A DNA stretch of 64,000 nucleotides from an uncultured Duncaniella sp. (lineage in GTDB: Bacteria; Bacteroidota; Bacteroidia; Bacteroidales; Muribaculaceae): NCBI GenBank assembly GCA_910578515.1, contig CAJTQR010000004.1:7268-71267 (forward strand). The letters run 5' to 3'. Positions within the stretch are counted from its first letter, which is position 1. Every line of letters starts with the position of its first letter. The position numbers and the translations under genes were made by a program. A model generated the notes under the pieces. It saw only the letters and a program-made list of their open reading frames with translations, ran no database searches and was not told the DNA's origin. This document shows positions 19,367 to 29,300 of the stretch, piece by piece.

Positions 19367-20965
19367 TCAGACTTCAGGCGACACACGCACCTGATGACGG
19401 AAAAGACGTCGTATATTTCTCCACTTCGGCATAAACGCAGAGGGACGGAGCGGACTATAGCTGACGAGAATCGCAATCACGGAAACCAACGCCACTATCA
19501 GTAGCCATCCGTAGATTTCTTTCATCGACACGACCAATGCCTGTCTCTGCACCATACCATAGAGCTGCCCCAATGGAATATGGACTGCCGAAGGGACTGT
19601 GTCGGTGAACGACGCACTGATAAGTGCTGCGTTCTTTGCCATTATGTGGCGCAGAAACTCACCCACAAGTGCCGGACCGAAAGTAGCACCCATCACCGCT
19701 CCCGTAAAGCCATTGATGGTCAATGCCTGCGGAAATACCTGGAACGGCAATCCGCTCTGCACTATCGACGTCAGGAACACTATCGAAATTATCACTGATG
19801 CCATTCCCCGGAAGAACAAGGGTATAAAAAGCATCTCCTTCTCCACCCCATAGTCAATGAGGAAATAGAAATATCCGAGATATACAGCAGCGAGGATAAA
19901 CCCAATAGCGGTCATTGTCTTGTAGCGCCATCGTCTCAATGCAAAGGTGAAATATGTCAACGCCACCCCGGCTATTATACCGATAAATACATACCAGTTC
20001 AAATCCACAAGATTCGTCTCGTCAAAACCGAGTATCTGCGCAGCATAACTGTGTTCAAATACATGCTCGGTAGCGAGAAGGGTAAAAAATACCATATAAA
20101 TCACCGTGGCACGGACCACATTTCTATTGAGCATGGCACGAAACGAGATATAGGGATGATGCAGGAACGAGGCGCGCCAAAGATTTATAAGCGCACACAC
20201 CACACCGAGCAATGCCGCTCCACGGATTTCGGCTGCCTCCCACCAGTCGTAGAAATTGCCGTAGACACATATAAACGTGAAACAGAGCATGAAACCGCCC
20301 CACAGCAATGCTCCAATCCAGTCAATCCCGAGCAGAGGCACCATCGGCATACCGTGAAAAGGTTTCACCAGTATCACCACCATGAGCATCATGAGCAGAA
20401 GCAATCCCACCATGAGCAGATGCATATACTCCCATTGCGAGAAGAATGCAGTGTAGACCGTCACAACACCGCTGAGCTGAATCACACCGTCGACCACCAG
20501 ATAGACGTAGCAGAAAAATATCGACATATCGCGCACAGGTGTGAGCCAGAGCTGAATGGTGGAGTTGCAAGCAAAAGTAGCCCACATACGGAACCAGCCT
20601 GCCACAAAGCATACTGCCACAAGAATCGGCATGCTTGTAGTATGGGCGCACACTATATTCGCCGCTATCAGCACCGCGCAGCAGAGCAGAAGACTGAATC
20701 GGTTGGAGTAACGGAACTTCAACCTGAACATCACCGCAAAATTTATAGCCATACCTATCAGCTGCGCGTATCCCGCCATCAATATATCCTCCTGCATGAG
20801 CGCGGTCGTGCCAACCATGTCAGTGGCGGCTGCCAAATAGACTCCACCCGAAAACTGGATGATGAGCACAAAGAATATAAAAAGCCAGGGCTTCAGTCGG
20901 CGCGGTATGTAGTCAGGAACGTCGGGAATGTCAAATTTCCCTTGAGGAACATGCCAGTCAGCCAT
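19367..20965 (-). CDS. MFS efflux transporter (DHA2/EmrB-like, ~14 TM)
   Basis: 532-aa polytopic protein, last gene of a TolC-HlyD-MFS arrangement. Confidence 0.85.
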   Translation of the reverse strand: MADWHVPQGKFDIPDVPDYIPRRLKPWLFIFFVLIIQFSGGVYLAAATDMVGTTALMQEDILMAGYAQLIGMAINFAVMFRLKFRYSNRFSLLLCCAVLIAANIVCAHTTSMPILVAVCFVAGWFRMWATFACNSTIQLWLTPVRDMSIFFCYVYLVVDGVIQLSGVVTVYTAFFSQWEYMHLLMVGLLLLMMLMVVILVKPFHGMPMVPLLGIDWIGALLWGGFMLCFTFICVYGNFYDWWEAAEIRGAALLGVVCALINLWRASFLHHPYISFRAMLNRNVVRATVIYMVFFTLLATEHVFEHSYAAQILGFDETNLVDLNWYVFIGIIAGVALTYFTFALRRWRYKTMTAIGFILAAVYLGYFYFLIDYGVEKEMLFIPLFFRGMASVIISIVFLTSIVQSGLPFQVFPQALTINGFTGAVMGATFGPALVGEFLRHIMAKNAALISASFTDTVPSAVHIPLGQLYGMVQRQALVVSMKEIYGWLLIVALVSVIAILVSYSPLRPSAFMPKWRNIRRLFRHQVRVSPEV

Positions 20966-20966
20966 C

Positions 20967-22001
20967 TCAGTACATCACCTCACATTCCACATTCATCCCG
21001 GCGCTCAGACGTGCCATATCCTCAGGAGCATTAGCCGAGGTAAACTCGATTCTCACCGGAATACGCTGACGCACTTTCACAAAATTACCGGCCGAATTGT
21101 CCTGCGGCAGCAGCGACAGGCTCGCCCCCGTAGCTTTGGACAGAGACACAACTTGTCCCTCGAAAGTGACATCAGGTATGGCATCCACCTTGATTTCCAC
21201 CTTGTCGCCCGGATGGATATTGGCGGTCTGTGTTTCCTTATAGTTGGCAGTCACCCAGATTTCACCGGCATCGACAATCTCCACCATAGTCTGACCCGGC
21301 TGCACAAGCTGTCCCACCTGAATCTCTTTGCGGCATGTATAACCATCGCATGGAGCCACAATCACGGTATACGACAGATTCAGTTCCGCAGTCTCCATCA
21401 GAGCCTTGGCAAGTTCCACTCCGGCATCATTCTGCGGAATGCGCTGGCGCGTCTCCGCCACCATTGCCGACGTAGCCGAACGCTGGCGCGACAGCATGTC
21501 GTAACGGGCTTTCTTTGCCTCATAGTCAGTCTTCACGGCATCATACTGCTGCCGTGTCACAGCATCCTGTTCAAGCAACTTGGCATAACGGGCAAAGTCA
21601 GTGGCGGCATTATCCATCACCACCTTTGCCTCGGCGATTGAAGCCTCGGTGACAGCCACATTAGCCGATGCGACACCGACACTACGGTCAGCCACATCGC
21701 GACCGGCGAGCGCATTCTGATAGTCGGCACGCGCCTGCGCCACTCTCAACCTGAGGTCGGCATCATCAATAATCACAAGGGTGTCACCCTTCTTCACTGT
21801 CTCATACTCCTTGAACCGGATTTCCTTGATGTAACCCTGCACTCGACTATTCACCGGCACTATCTGCTGCTGCACTTGCGCATTGTCGGTAAACTCCACA
21901 TTTCCGAGATGGATAAACTTTCTGCCGACCCATGCTATGGCTACGATTATTACTGCGATGACTATTATGTATGAGATTATTTTTTTACTCTTGTGGTTCA
22001 T
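20967..22001 (-). CDS. HlyD/EmrA-family membrane-fusion protein
   Basis: N-terminal anchor, coiled-coil centre, barrel-sandwich motifs (VKKGDTLVIIDD, GQLVQPGQTMVEIVD). Its stop lies 1 nt from the MFS start. Confidence 0.9.
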   Translation of the reverse strand: MNHKSKKIISYIIVIAVIIVAIAWVGRKFIHLGNVEFTDNAQVQQQIVPVNSRVQGYIKEIRFKEYETVKKGDTLVIIDDADLRLRVAQARADYQNALAGRDVADRSVGVASANVAVTEASIAEAKVVMDNAATDFARYAKLLEQDAVTRQQYDAVKTDYEAKKARYDMLSRQRSATSAMVAETRQRIPQNDAGVELAKALMETAELNLSYTVIVAPCDGYTCRKEIQVGQLVQPGQTMVEIVDAGEIWVTANYKETQTANIHPGDKVEIKVDAIPDVTFEGQVVSLSKATGASLSLLPQDNSAGNFVKVRQRIPVRIEFTSANAPEDMARLSAGMNVECEVMY

Positions 22002-23317
22002 ATCTGTCCTGATGTGAATAGAAGTTTATAGTAATAGTAGATTATATTGATGCGCGCATTGACAAGCTGCTGCTCGGCATCGAGCTTTGAGTTGGCAGCG
22101 TCGAGGAGGTCGGTGATTAGCGCCATGTCAGAGGTATAGCGGTTGGAGGTAGTGGCATAGTTCTGCTCGGCAAGCTCCACACTTTTCTCACACCTTTTCA
22201 GCTCCTCGTAAGCCTCGAGATAATGTATATGGTCATCGCGCACGGCAAGTTCCATGTTCTGACGCGCCACATCCAGCTCCTCTTCGGCACGGCGTGTGGC
22301 GATGCGGCTGGCTGTGAGTTTCTTATCAGTCTTGAATAGCGACGAGAGATTATAGCTCACCCCTACCCCTACATACCAGTAACTCAGATTGCGGTTAATC
22401 GGTGGCACTTCCACAAGTATCGGACCGTCGATGGTCCACGCAGCTTGAATACCCACTTTGGGCATACGTTCTGCCTTGGTGAGCGCTTCAGCCTTGCGGC
22501 TTATATCCACTCCTGAGCGGGCAAGTTTCACCGTAGGGGAATTGGCATCAGCTTCCTGCTGCCACCATGACTCACCGTTGCGTGGCAGCGAACGGCTGAG
22601 GAGTGTGCTGTCAGGGATTATCTTTGTATCCTCCGGCAGACCGGCCGTGGTGACGAGATTGGAGTTGAGAATGGTGAGCATATTGTCAATCTTTATAAGC
22701 TGTAGTTCAAGATTCGACACCAGCAGCACATAACGGGTGATATCATTTTTCAAAGCCACACCCTGTTCGTAGCGGCTCTGCATCTCGGCAAGCATCTTGC
22801 GGGCTTGTCCGATGTTTTTCTCCACCACACACCTCTGATTGTTAAGCTTATATATATCAAGGTAGAATCCGGTAAGACGAAATCTGATATTGTCACGCTG
22901 AAACTCCGTGGCATAACGCGAGGCTGTCGATTTCAGTTCGGCAAGCTCAATCGCTTTAGTGATTGCTCCGCCGGTATAGACCGGTTGCGATACATTGACC
23001 GAAAGTCCGTCACCCAGATGCGGTATCGGTGCTTTCTGATAGTCCGAGAAGTTGCGTTTGGTAGTGAAACCGTCGCCTATATAACTGAGCGACAACGTGG
23101 CATTTATTTCAGGCAACTTGCCTGTTCGTGCAACCTTTACATCCTGTAGAGCTTCCTTTTCGGCTGTAAAGGAGGGTCGGAGCATGGCACTGTTGTTCTC
23201 CGCCACCTCGAAGATTTCTTCAAGAGTAAGGACAGCGGGCGACGAACCTCTTGCGCACACTCCACCGCTCAGCATGGCGGCACAAAGCAGCCCTGCGAGC
23301 AATCCGTGATTGTTCAT
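21998..23317 (-). CDS. TolC-family outer-membrane efflux protein
   Basis: Signal peptide and duplicated OEP repeats with coiled-coil heptads. ATGA overlap with the HlyD gene (21998-22001). Confidence 0.9.
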   Translation of the reverse strand: MNNHGLLAGLLCAAMLSGGVCARGSSPAVLTLEEIFEVAENNSAMLRPSFTAEKEALQDVKVARTGKLPEINATLSLSYIGDGFTTKRNFSDYQKAPIPHLGDGLSVNVSQPVYTGGAITKAIELAELKSTASRYATEFQRDNIRFRLTGFYLDIYKLNNQRCVVEKNIGQARKMLAEMQSRYEQGVALKNDITRYVLLVSNLELQLIKIDNMLTILNSNLVTTAGLPEDTKIIPDSTLLSRSLPRNGESWWQQEADANSPTVKLARSGVDISRKAEALTKAERMPKVGIQAAWTIDGPILVEVPPINRNLSYWYVGVGVSYNLSSLFKTDKKLTASRIATRRAEEELDVARQNMELAVRDDHIHYLEAYEELKRCEKSVELAEQNYATTSNRYTSDMALITDLLDAANSKLDAEQQLVNARINIIYYYYKLLFTSGQI

Positions 23318-23533
23318 AAGGGGATAATGAAAATAAAATGTTAATGAATGGAATCATCCGGATGAAAAACCAGTGAAATCCGGATGGATAGTTACGACTC
23401 ACACATCGCGTGTGAGGAATCACTGGGTGCTTTTCCAGTTCTCTTTAAAAGCGTAGTTTACTACGGCAGGCATCTCGCCTTGAATATAATCAAATGTGTT
23501 CATCTGCACTGCAGCTCTTTGTGAACCGCAGTG

Positions 23534-23541
23534 CAAAATTA
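23534..23541 (-). promoter_or_regulatory. putative -7 box (TAATTTTG on minus strand)
   Basis: Plus strand CAAAATTA, ~215 nt upstream of the TolC ATG. Confidence 0.35.
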
Positions 23542-23615
23542 CAAAAAAATCGCCAATCATCCACCCTCACCCTTCAAATATTTATCTCCCGCCAGTATAG
23601 AGACGGTATTGTTTT

Positions 23616-24983
23616 TCACTTCTCTGACCAGCCGAGGTGACGGGTGGCGAGGGGCGACGAGGGGGCGGCGCGAAGGAAGTCGATGACCGGCAGATTGCCG
23701 TCGGCATCGCGGGGTAGGAACAGCAATGCAGGGTCGGTGCTGACAAACATCTCGGCTGTAACCTCTACAGGTGCCTCGCCCGATGATGGAGCCGGGAATG
23801 TATTGTTGACCACGGTGCTGCGGACGGGGTCGCAGTTCACCAGATGCCCGCCGCGTACTGTATCGGTGAAAGTATAGGACACATTCCCCTCAAGATAGTG
23901 ACCATAGCCTGGCACATCCACCACCTCGCGCTCCGACTTGCGGTTCACCATATTATAATTGGCGCGGTTATCCCAAGCCGTATTGTTGACCCAGCGGCAG
24001 CCTCCGAGATGATGATTGGCATAAATGCCGTTTGCCTTGTTGCGATAAGCCACACAATTATGTATATAATGCTCAGGGCACACTGCCGGACATTTTGTCT
24101 TGCCGGGCTTCATTCCGTAGCCTCCGGCCTTAAAGCCATTGCCATCACCTGCGCTTTGAAATGTGGTGGTATCGGTCGGGTCAGCGGTGGGTTTGAATCC
24201 GTTGTAGAACGCCCAGCAATGGTCAAACTCGATAGGCGCCTTGCAATTGATTAAGTCAAAACCATCGTCCGAGTTGCGCCACGCGCGGCAATTGCGGATT
24301 ACATTACCCTCGGCACGCGGATTGCCAAGATGAAAACCGAATCCATCCACATTTCCGCCATATTCACCTTCGCTGTAGTCATCATAATTATTGTAGGCAT
24401 CACAGTTGAGCACAAGATTTCCGGAGCCGGCTGTCTGGTAATACCCTATAGCCATCCCATCGTGCATGGCGAGATTCTCCACTATGCAATTGGAACCCTT
24501 ACGGGCGGAGACACACTCTGACTGGGTATGACCTTTCAGACGCACCGGCACTCCGACTATATCGAAGTTACGCAAATGAAGATTGTCGGCACCAAGAAGG
24601 AAACCCGAGAAGCGGTGACGTCCGTCATACTGAAGAGCGGAGAAGTCAAACACAGGACGCTCACCGGGATATCCCATTATGGCTGTGCGATGCTCGGGGG
24701 TGCCACCCTTCTCAAGCGCAAACACATAGGCATACGTAGGGTCCACCTTCATTATCTGCTCATCAGTGACACGGTAAGTGCCTCCGCGAACATATATGGT
24801 GTCGCCACCCTCCATCCGCGCGTAGGCAGCCGGAAGTGTAGCCATCGGAGCTGTGATGGTGCCCGGAGCGGTGTCTGACCCGGTGGGCGATATGTAGAGC
24901 ACCTTAGAGTGGAGCGGCGCTGACGCGAGCAGGAGAAGCGCTGCGGGAATGAGGCGGAGAGCTGAAGCGATGATTGATTTCAT
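23616..24983 (-). CDS. right-handed parallel beta-helix protein, putative polysaccharide (pectate-like) lyase
   Basis: Signal peptide, then LYISPTGSDTAPGTITAPMATLPAAYARMEGGDTIYVRGGTYRV, the usual N-terminus of beta-helix lyases. Repeated N/D-rich turns. Confidence 0.65.
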   Translation of the reverse strand: MKSIIASALRLIPAALLLLASAPLHSKVLYISPTGSDTAPGTITAPMATLPAAYARMEGGDTIYVRGGTYRVTDEQIMKVDPTYAYVFALEKGGTPEHRTAIMGYPGERPVFDFSALQYDGRHRFSGFLLGADNLHLRNFDIVGVPVRLKGHTQSECVSARKGSNCIVENLAMHDGMAIGYYQTAGSGNLVLNCDAYNNYDDYSEGEYGGNVDGFGFHLGNPRAEGNVIRNCRAWRNSDDGFDLINCKAPIEFDHCWAFYNGFKPTADPTDTTTFQSAGDGNGFKAGGYGMKPGKTKCPAVCPEHYIHNCVAYRNKANGIYANHHLGGCRWVNNTAWDNRANYNMVNRKSEREVVDVPGYGHYLEGNVSYTFTDTVRGGHLVNCDPVRSTVVNNTFPAPSSGEAPVEVTAEMFVSTDPALLFLPRDADGNLPVIDFLRAAPSSPLATRHLGWSEK

Positions 24984-25042
24984 GGTTATTGTATACCGGA
25001 CGTTAAGATTTTATTTGTTTGGAAGATTCTGATAACACAATG

Positions 25043-25999
25043 TCATACTGCCACATTGTTCACCGGAGTACCCGCGATAAAGTTGCGGAGATTGTCAGTG
25101 GCAATGGCGAGAAGGCGTTGACGCGCCTCTGTGGTAGCCCATCCGAGATGAGGGGTTATGAAGCAATTGCGCGCGGTGAGAAGCGGGCAGTCGGGTGCCG
25201 GCGGCTCGGATGTGAGCACATCAAGGCATGTGGCATAGATTTCTCCCGCATTAAGCGCATTGGCGAGTGCTTCCTCATCCACTAATGGACCGCGGCCGGT
25301 GTTTATCAATATGGCTCCCGACTTCATCTGCGCCAGACGTGAAGCGTTGACTATATGGCGGGTCGATTCGGATAGCGGACAGTGGAGCGACACCACATCG
25401 CACGTACTGAAAAGCTCATCGAGGTCTGCCTTAGCCACTCCCTCGGGAAGCATGTCCGGACTCTTGGATGTAAATGCCTTAACCTTCATGCCGAACGCAC
25501 CGGCTATCCGCGCCACGGCGGTGCCTATGTTGCCAAGACCGACTATGCCGAATGTCTTTCCTGCAAGCTCGCAGAGAGGACGGTCCCAATACACGAAATC
25601 GGGCGACGCACTCCAGCGTCCGTTGCGGTTTTCGGCTGTGTAATGCTCCACACCCACCACTGCCGCAAGAAGATGGGCGAACACCATCTGCGCCACTGAG
25701 TCGGTGCTGTAGGCGGGAATATTGGTCACCACAATCCCAAGCTCACGGGCGGCATCTATATCGACCACATTGTAGCCGGTCGCGAGCACTCCGACATATT
25801 TCAACTCCGGAAGTGCCCGGAGCATGTCGGCGGTAAGCACTGTCTTGTTGGTAAGCAGCGCCTCTGCGCCCGCAGCACGCGTGAGCACCTCGTCGGGTGC
25901 AGTGCGCGGGTAAACGGTCAGGTCGCCGAGGTCATTTATTGGTTGCCATGACATGTCGCCGGGATTCATACCATAGCCATCGAGTATTACTATTTTCAT
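25043..25999 (-). CDS. D-2-hydroxyacid (glycerate-type) dehydrogenase
   Basis: The ORF-track start at 26044 is GTG; the ATG at 25999 gives MKIVILDGYG. GIVGLGNIGTAVARIA NAD motif; catalytic R/E/H context (NTGRGPLVDE, ITPHLGW). Confidence 0.88.
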   Translation of the reverse strand: MKIVILDGYGMNPGDMSWQPINDLGDLTVYPRTAPDEVLTRAAGAEALLTNKTVLTADMLRALPELKYVGVLATGYNVVDIDAARELGIVVTNIPAYSTDSVAQMVFAHLLAAVVGVEHYTAENRNGRWSASPDFVYWDRPLCELAGKTFGIVGLGNIGTAVARIAGAFGMKVKAFTSKSPDMLPEGVAKADLDELFSTCDVVSLHCPLSESTRHIVNASRLAQMKSGAILINTGRGPLVDEEALANALNAGEIYATCLDVLTSEPPAPDCPLLTARNCFITPHLGWATTEARQRLLAIATDNLRNFIAGTPVNNVAV

Positions 26000-26067
26000 G
26001 GATGCTTTTAACAGATTATTTAACGGTTTCCACATCTCACCCACACCGTGAGTGATGAAGTTGAGTA

Positions 26068-26075
26068 CAAAAATA
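26068..26075 (-). promoter_or_regulatory. putative -7 box (TATTTTTG on minus strand)
   Basis: Plus strand CAAAAATA, upstream of the dehydrogenase gene. Confidence 0.35.
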
Positions 26076-26197
26076 GCCGAAAATGTCTAATCTCGCAAAT
26101 CTAATTTCCTCCCTCCACCGGGCAGCAGCCCCCACACCGCCCCGCCGCATCACTCGCTACAGCCATGCCATTGAGCATACTTCCAAACAGAGATTCC

Positions 26198-26286
26198 GCC
26201 AAATTGGGTAATAAAAATCAGCCAAATTGGGTAATAAAAACCAGCCAAATTAGGTAATGAAAATCAGCCAAATTGGGTAATAAATC
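26198..26286. repeat. tandem array: 3 full and 1 truncated copy of a 23-bp unit
   Basis: gccaaattgggtaataaaaatca / gccaaattgggtaataaaaacca / gccaaattaggtaatgaaaatca / gccaaattgggtaataaatc, head to tail with no spacers. Confidence 0.95.
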
Positions 26287-26289
26287 TAA

Positions 26290-26327
26290 TCACCCCCATC
26301 AATCCGGATGTGGATTGATGGGGGTGA
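26290..26327 (-). terminator. terminator hairpin of the pilus operon
   Basis: 16-bp perfect stem tcacccccatcaatcc/ggattgatgggggtga with a 6-nt loop, 24 nt after the stop at 26351. A T-rich tract follows on the minus strand. Confidence 0.7.
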
Positions 26328-26350
26328 CGTGTATCTTACGATGAAAAACT

Positions 26351-29300
26351 CTACTTTTTTGTAACATAAATAGTGCGCAGATAGCAAGCATCACTTAAAT
26401 AACCGTCCTTGCCGGTTGCACCATGGTTGGTCGCATCCTTTCCATACGATTTAAAAGCCATGGTATGATAATTGATATCAAATGCCGTATTATCACCATC
26501 GCTCTGGTCGGTCCAATATACCGCACCGGTTCTCCTGAACAAGTCTTGGAAGAGGGGAAGATAAGGTTGAGCCTCAGCATCCTTCCCACCTTCTTCACCA
26601 TAATATTTATTTCGGCTTGCATACCTTAAACAACCCGGACCATCTGTTTCTCCTTTGTAAGAATCACTCGCTTTTCTATGCCCCATTCCAGTCTTACCGA
26701 TAGGGAAGAAAATCTGATGATGAGTCGTAGCATCGTATACAAATACACCACGCATACCTTTGGTATCGGCAATTGTTTTATCATCAGGAGTTTTATCATA
26801 ACCGTATGCCTCTCCTATAGTCTTAGCAACGCTATTGGCACCATCGCCATACAACACACCATACGCTTTTTTTATATTCTGCGTTGCATCATTACCAGTT
26901 TCCATAAGATTCTCAAAATCATTCCATGTCGCAACTCTTTGGTCACTGTTCTTTATGGTCCAAGTAGGTGTAGATACATCCGCCTTGAAATCTTTCCATA
27001 CCTTATCGGTCGCGGTGCTACTATCCAATTCCCTAACTTTAAGAGTTCCGGCTGCTTTCCAGACATTACTCCAACTATTGTTTGACGGAAGAATCGCTGT
27101 GGTACTTTTGCGTCTGAAAAGGGACCCCTCCTGTAGTGGAGATGTGCATAACTCCGCCTCACCTTTACCCTTGAAACGATACACATTAAGAGTTTCCCAT
27201 TGTGCGTTATTTCTACCAATCGTAATCGGACCATAACCTACTCGGCAGAATATATCATGCTCACAAGTATAATTATGATATCTGATTCGCACTATCGCAC
27301 AGCCTTTATTGCCATTGAAATTAATTGTAAAATCAATAGGACATTCACTTGCGCCCTCTATTCGACGGACACCTGACTGAACAGCCAATCCAGCACTACC
27401 GGTTGTATTTGATGTAAGGGATATGATATTATCACCACCACTTACCACCTCCGCGCTCCACGGACCTATGGAATTGAACACTTCAAATGGCGTACTTGTA
27501 TTAAACTCATCGTCAGATTTCAACCATGTAAGCTCAACATGGAAATCTTCAGGCTTAGTGTCTCCTGAACGCCACACGCCTTTAGGGTTGACAATACGGC
27601 GCACCTGAATAATATCGACATAAACAGGGTCAATTCCATCTACTTTAGTGCCTTTTTCATCGGAAGCCACATAAAACTTCACTCGCTGTTTTCGTGGATA
27701 TGCATAGTATGGGTTATTACCGGTAAAACCTGATGCAGGTACCAATTCTTTTGCACGGGTAAATAGTGGAACGGAAAATACACGTTCTACCTTATTAGAG
27801 GATGTAGATTCCCCTTTAGCACTTTGCACCATATAACTGCCATTCGTTTCATCAGTATATGTGCCAGGTTTTATAGAAAAATTACGCCAGCCTTTATCAT
27901 TATCATTAAAATCAGAATGCAACGTATCATACATCCCTGAATAATTTTGACTGCCCGGTCCCGGAATTTGCACAACCTTCGTTTTTTTTAAGGAAAGGAA
28001 TGAGCACCAGGGACCATAATATGGTTTATTATTAATAAGTGGGTCGGGGGTTTTACCATCCCCTGTATAAAACAAAGGAATACTTGGCTCAACCGGGTCC
28101 ATTTGCCCCATTGGATTAGGATAATTATCAGACCCATCACCCCATGGCTTCCAGAAGGTCTGCTCTGATAATTTATCATTTTTTGAGAATTCATCATTAG
28201 AATTAGAGACATGAGGATACTTTATCTCATCATCATCGCAACCGATAATTTCGGCACGGAGATAATAGGAATCCTTGAGAGTGCTACGGTCGCCAGAGAG
28301 TTTCACCGTCAGGTTCATCTCCTTATTATACAGATAGGAGATATACTGAGGCGAAGTGACATGGAGACCGGCTTTCTCTTTATACTCGATATGCCAGTCA
28401 GCATCATTACCGTTACCCTTGAAGGCGAGTGTCAGTTTATAGTGGGTGTTTCGGATAGCGTTATAATCTTTTTCCACATCCTGCCCCAGCATGAATCGGT
28501 AGACGATATCACCGGCGCTGACATACTCTGTGTTTGAAGTGTTGCGGTAGAATCCGCGCACCTCTATGTAAGAGCCGTAAGGCTTATGGTCTTTCCAACC
28601 GGAAGTAAGGTCATTCTCCACCGGATTCGGATAGGAGATTTTACCCTCCTCAATACAATCCTGCGCCTTATCCTTACCTTTGCCCTGCATGTTCTCATAG
28701 AAAAACAGCGACTTTGCAGCATGCGAATGCAGGCGGTCATTCTGAGTGGAATCGTTACCCACCTCATCTCGTCCGAGGTACTTATGCTTGCTGTTGCATA
28801 CGTGGATATACTTATCAGAGCGCACATCCTTCTTCTCCGCGTCAGTCAGGTCATCCTGAACTTTGAGGGTCTTTCCGGTGCGAATCAATCCGTCGGTCAC
28901 ATCGTAGCGCTCAGCCGACTGTTCCTGCACAGGCTCTTTCCCATCGCGCCAACCGGGATAGTTCTCAAAACCGAGAGTACACTGCTTGGGTATATCGTGA
29001 ATGGTAATGTCATAGATATATACTTCCACGTGGTCATAGAGTGCCGAACCATCGAAAGCCACGGTAACTTTCGAGGCGAGGCGACGGAGCCACGCATGCA
29101 GGAAATTGGTCTTATTGGTGACCTGAAGCGCCGACGCATCGGTCTGCTCACGGTTAGGCTGATTTATCGAGAACACACCATACATCTGACTGTTGCGGGC
29201 GGTGTACTCCTTATCCCATGTGAATGTAAGACCTTTCAACTTGTCACGTGTGCTGATATCAGCCTTGTCAAACCCGTCAACATTAGCCACACCATATATA

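Noticed and set aside
20051-21034. 327-aa His-rich plus-strand ORF
   Set aside because: It is antisense to the MFS transporter and HlyD genes. Its composition (runs of H, R, E) mirrors the hydrophobic codons opposite, and it has no start context or promoter box.
23444-23503. Small minus-strand ORF in the TolC operon leader
   Set aside because: Careful re-reading gives only 19 codons (MNTFDYIQGEMPAVGKLRF*). My first, longer reading came from a dropped base. It has no supporting signal.
26100-26160. C-rich plus strand (G-tracts on the minus strand: gcggggcggtgtgggggctgctgcccggtggagggagg) as a possible G-quadruplex
   Set aside because: The G-tract spacing is irregular and I cannot evaluate folding without computation. 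I found no functional context beyond its position upstream of a promoter.
26198-26286. Possible CRISPR array
   Set aside because: The 23-bp units are contiguous with no spacers, there are only ~4 copies, and there are no cas genes in the window. It is a plain tandem repeat.
27982-27989. A8/T8 run inside the tip-protein coding region as a phase-variation tract
   Set aside because: Eight A/T in a ~38% GC stretch that encodes LKKTKV is not unusual. I have no evidence of slippage, and it is much weaker than the G10 tract in the leader.
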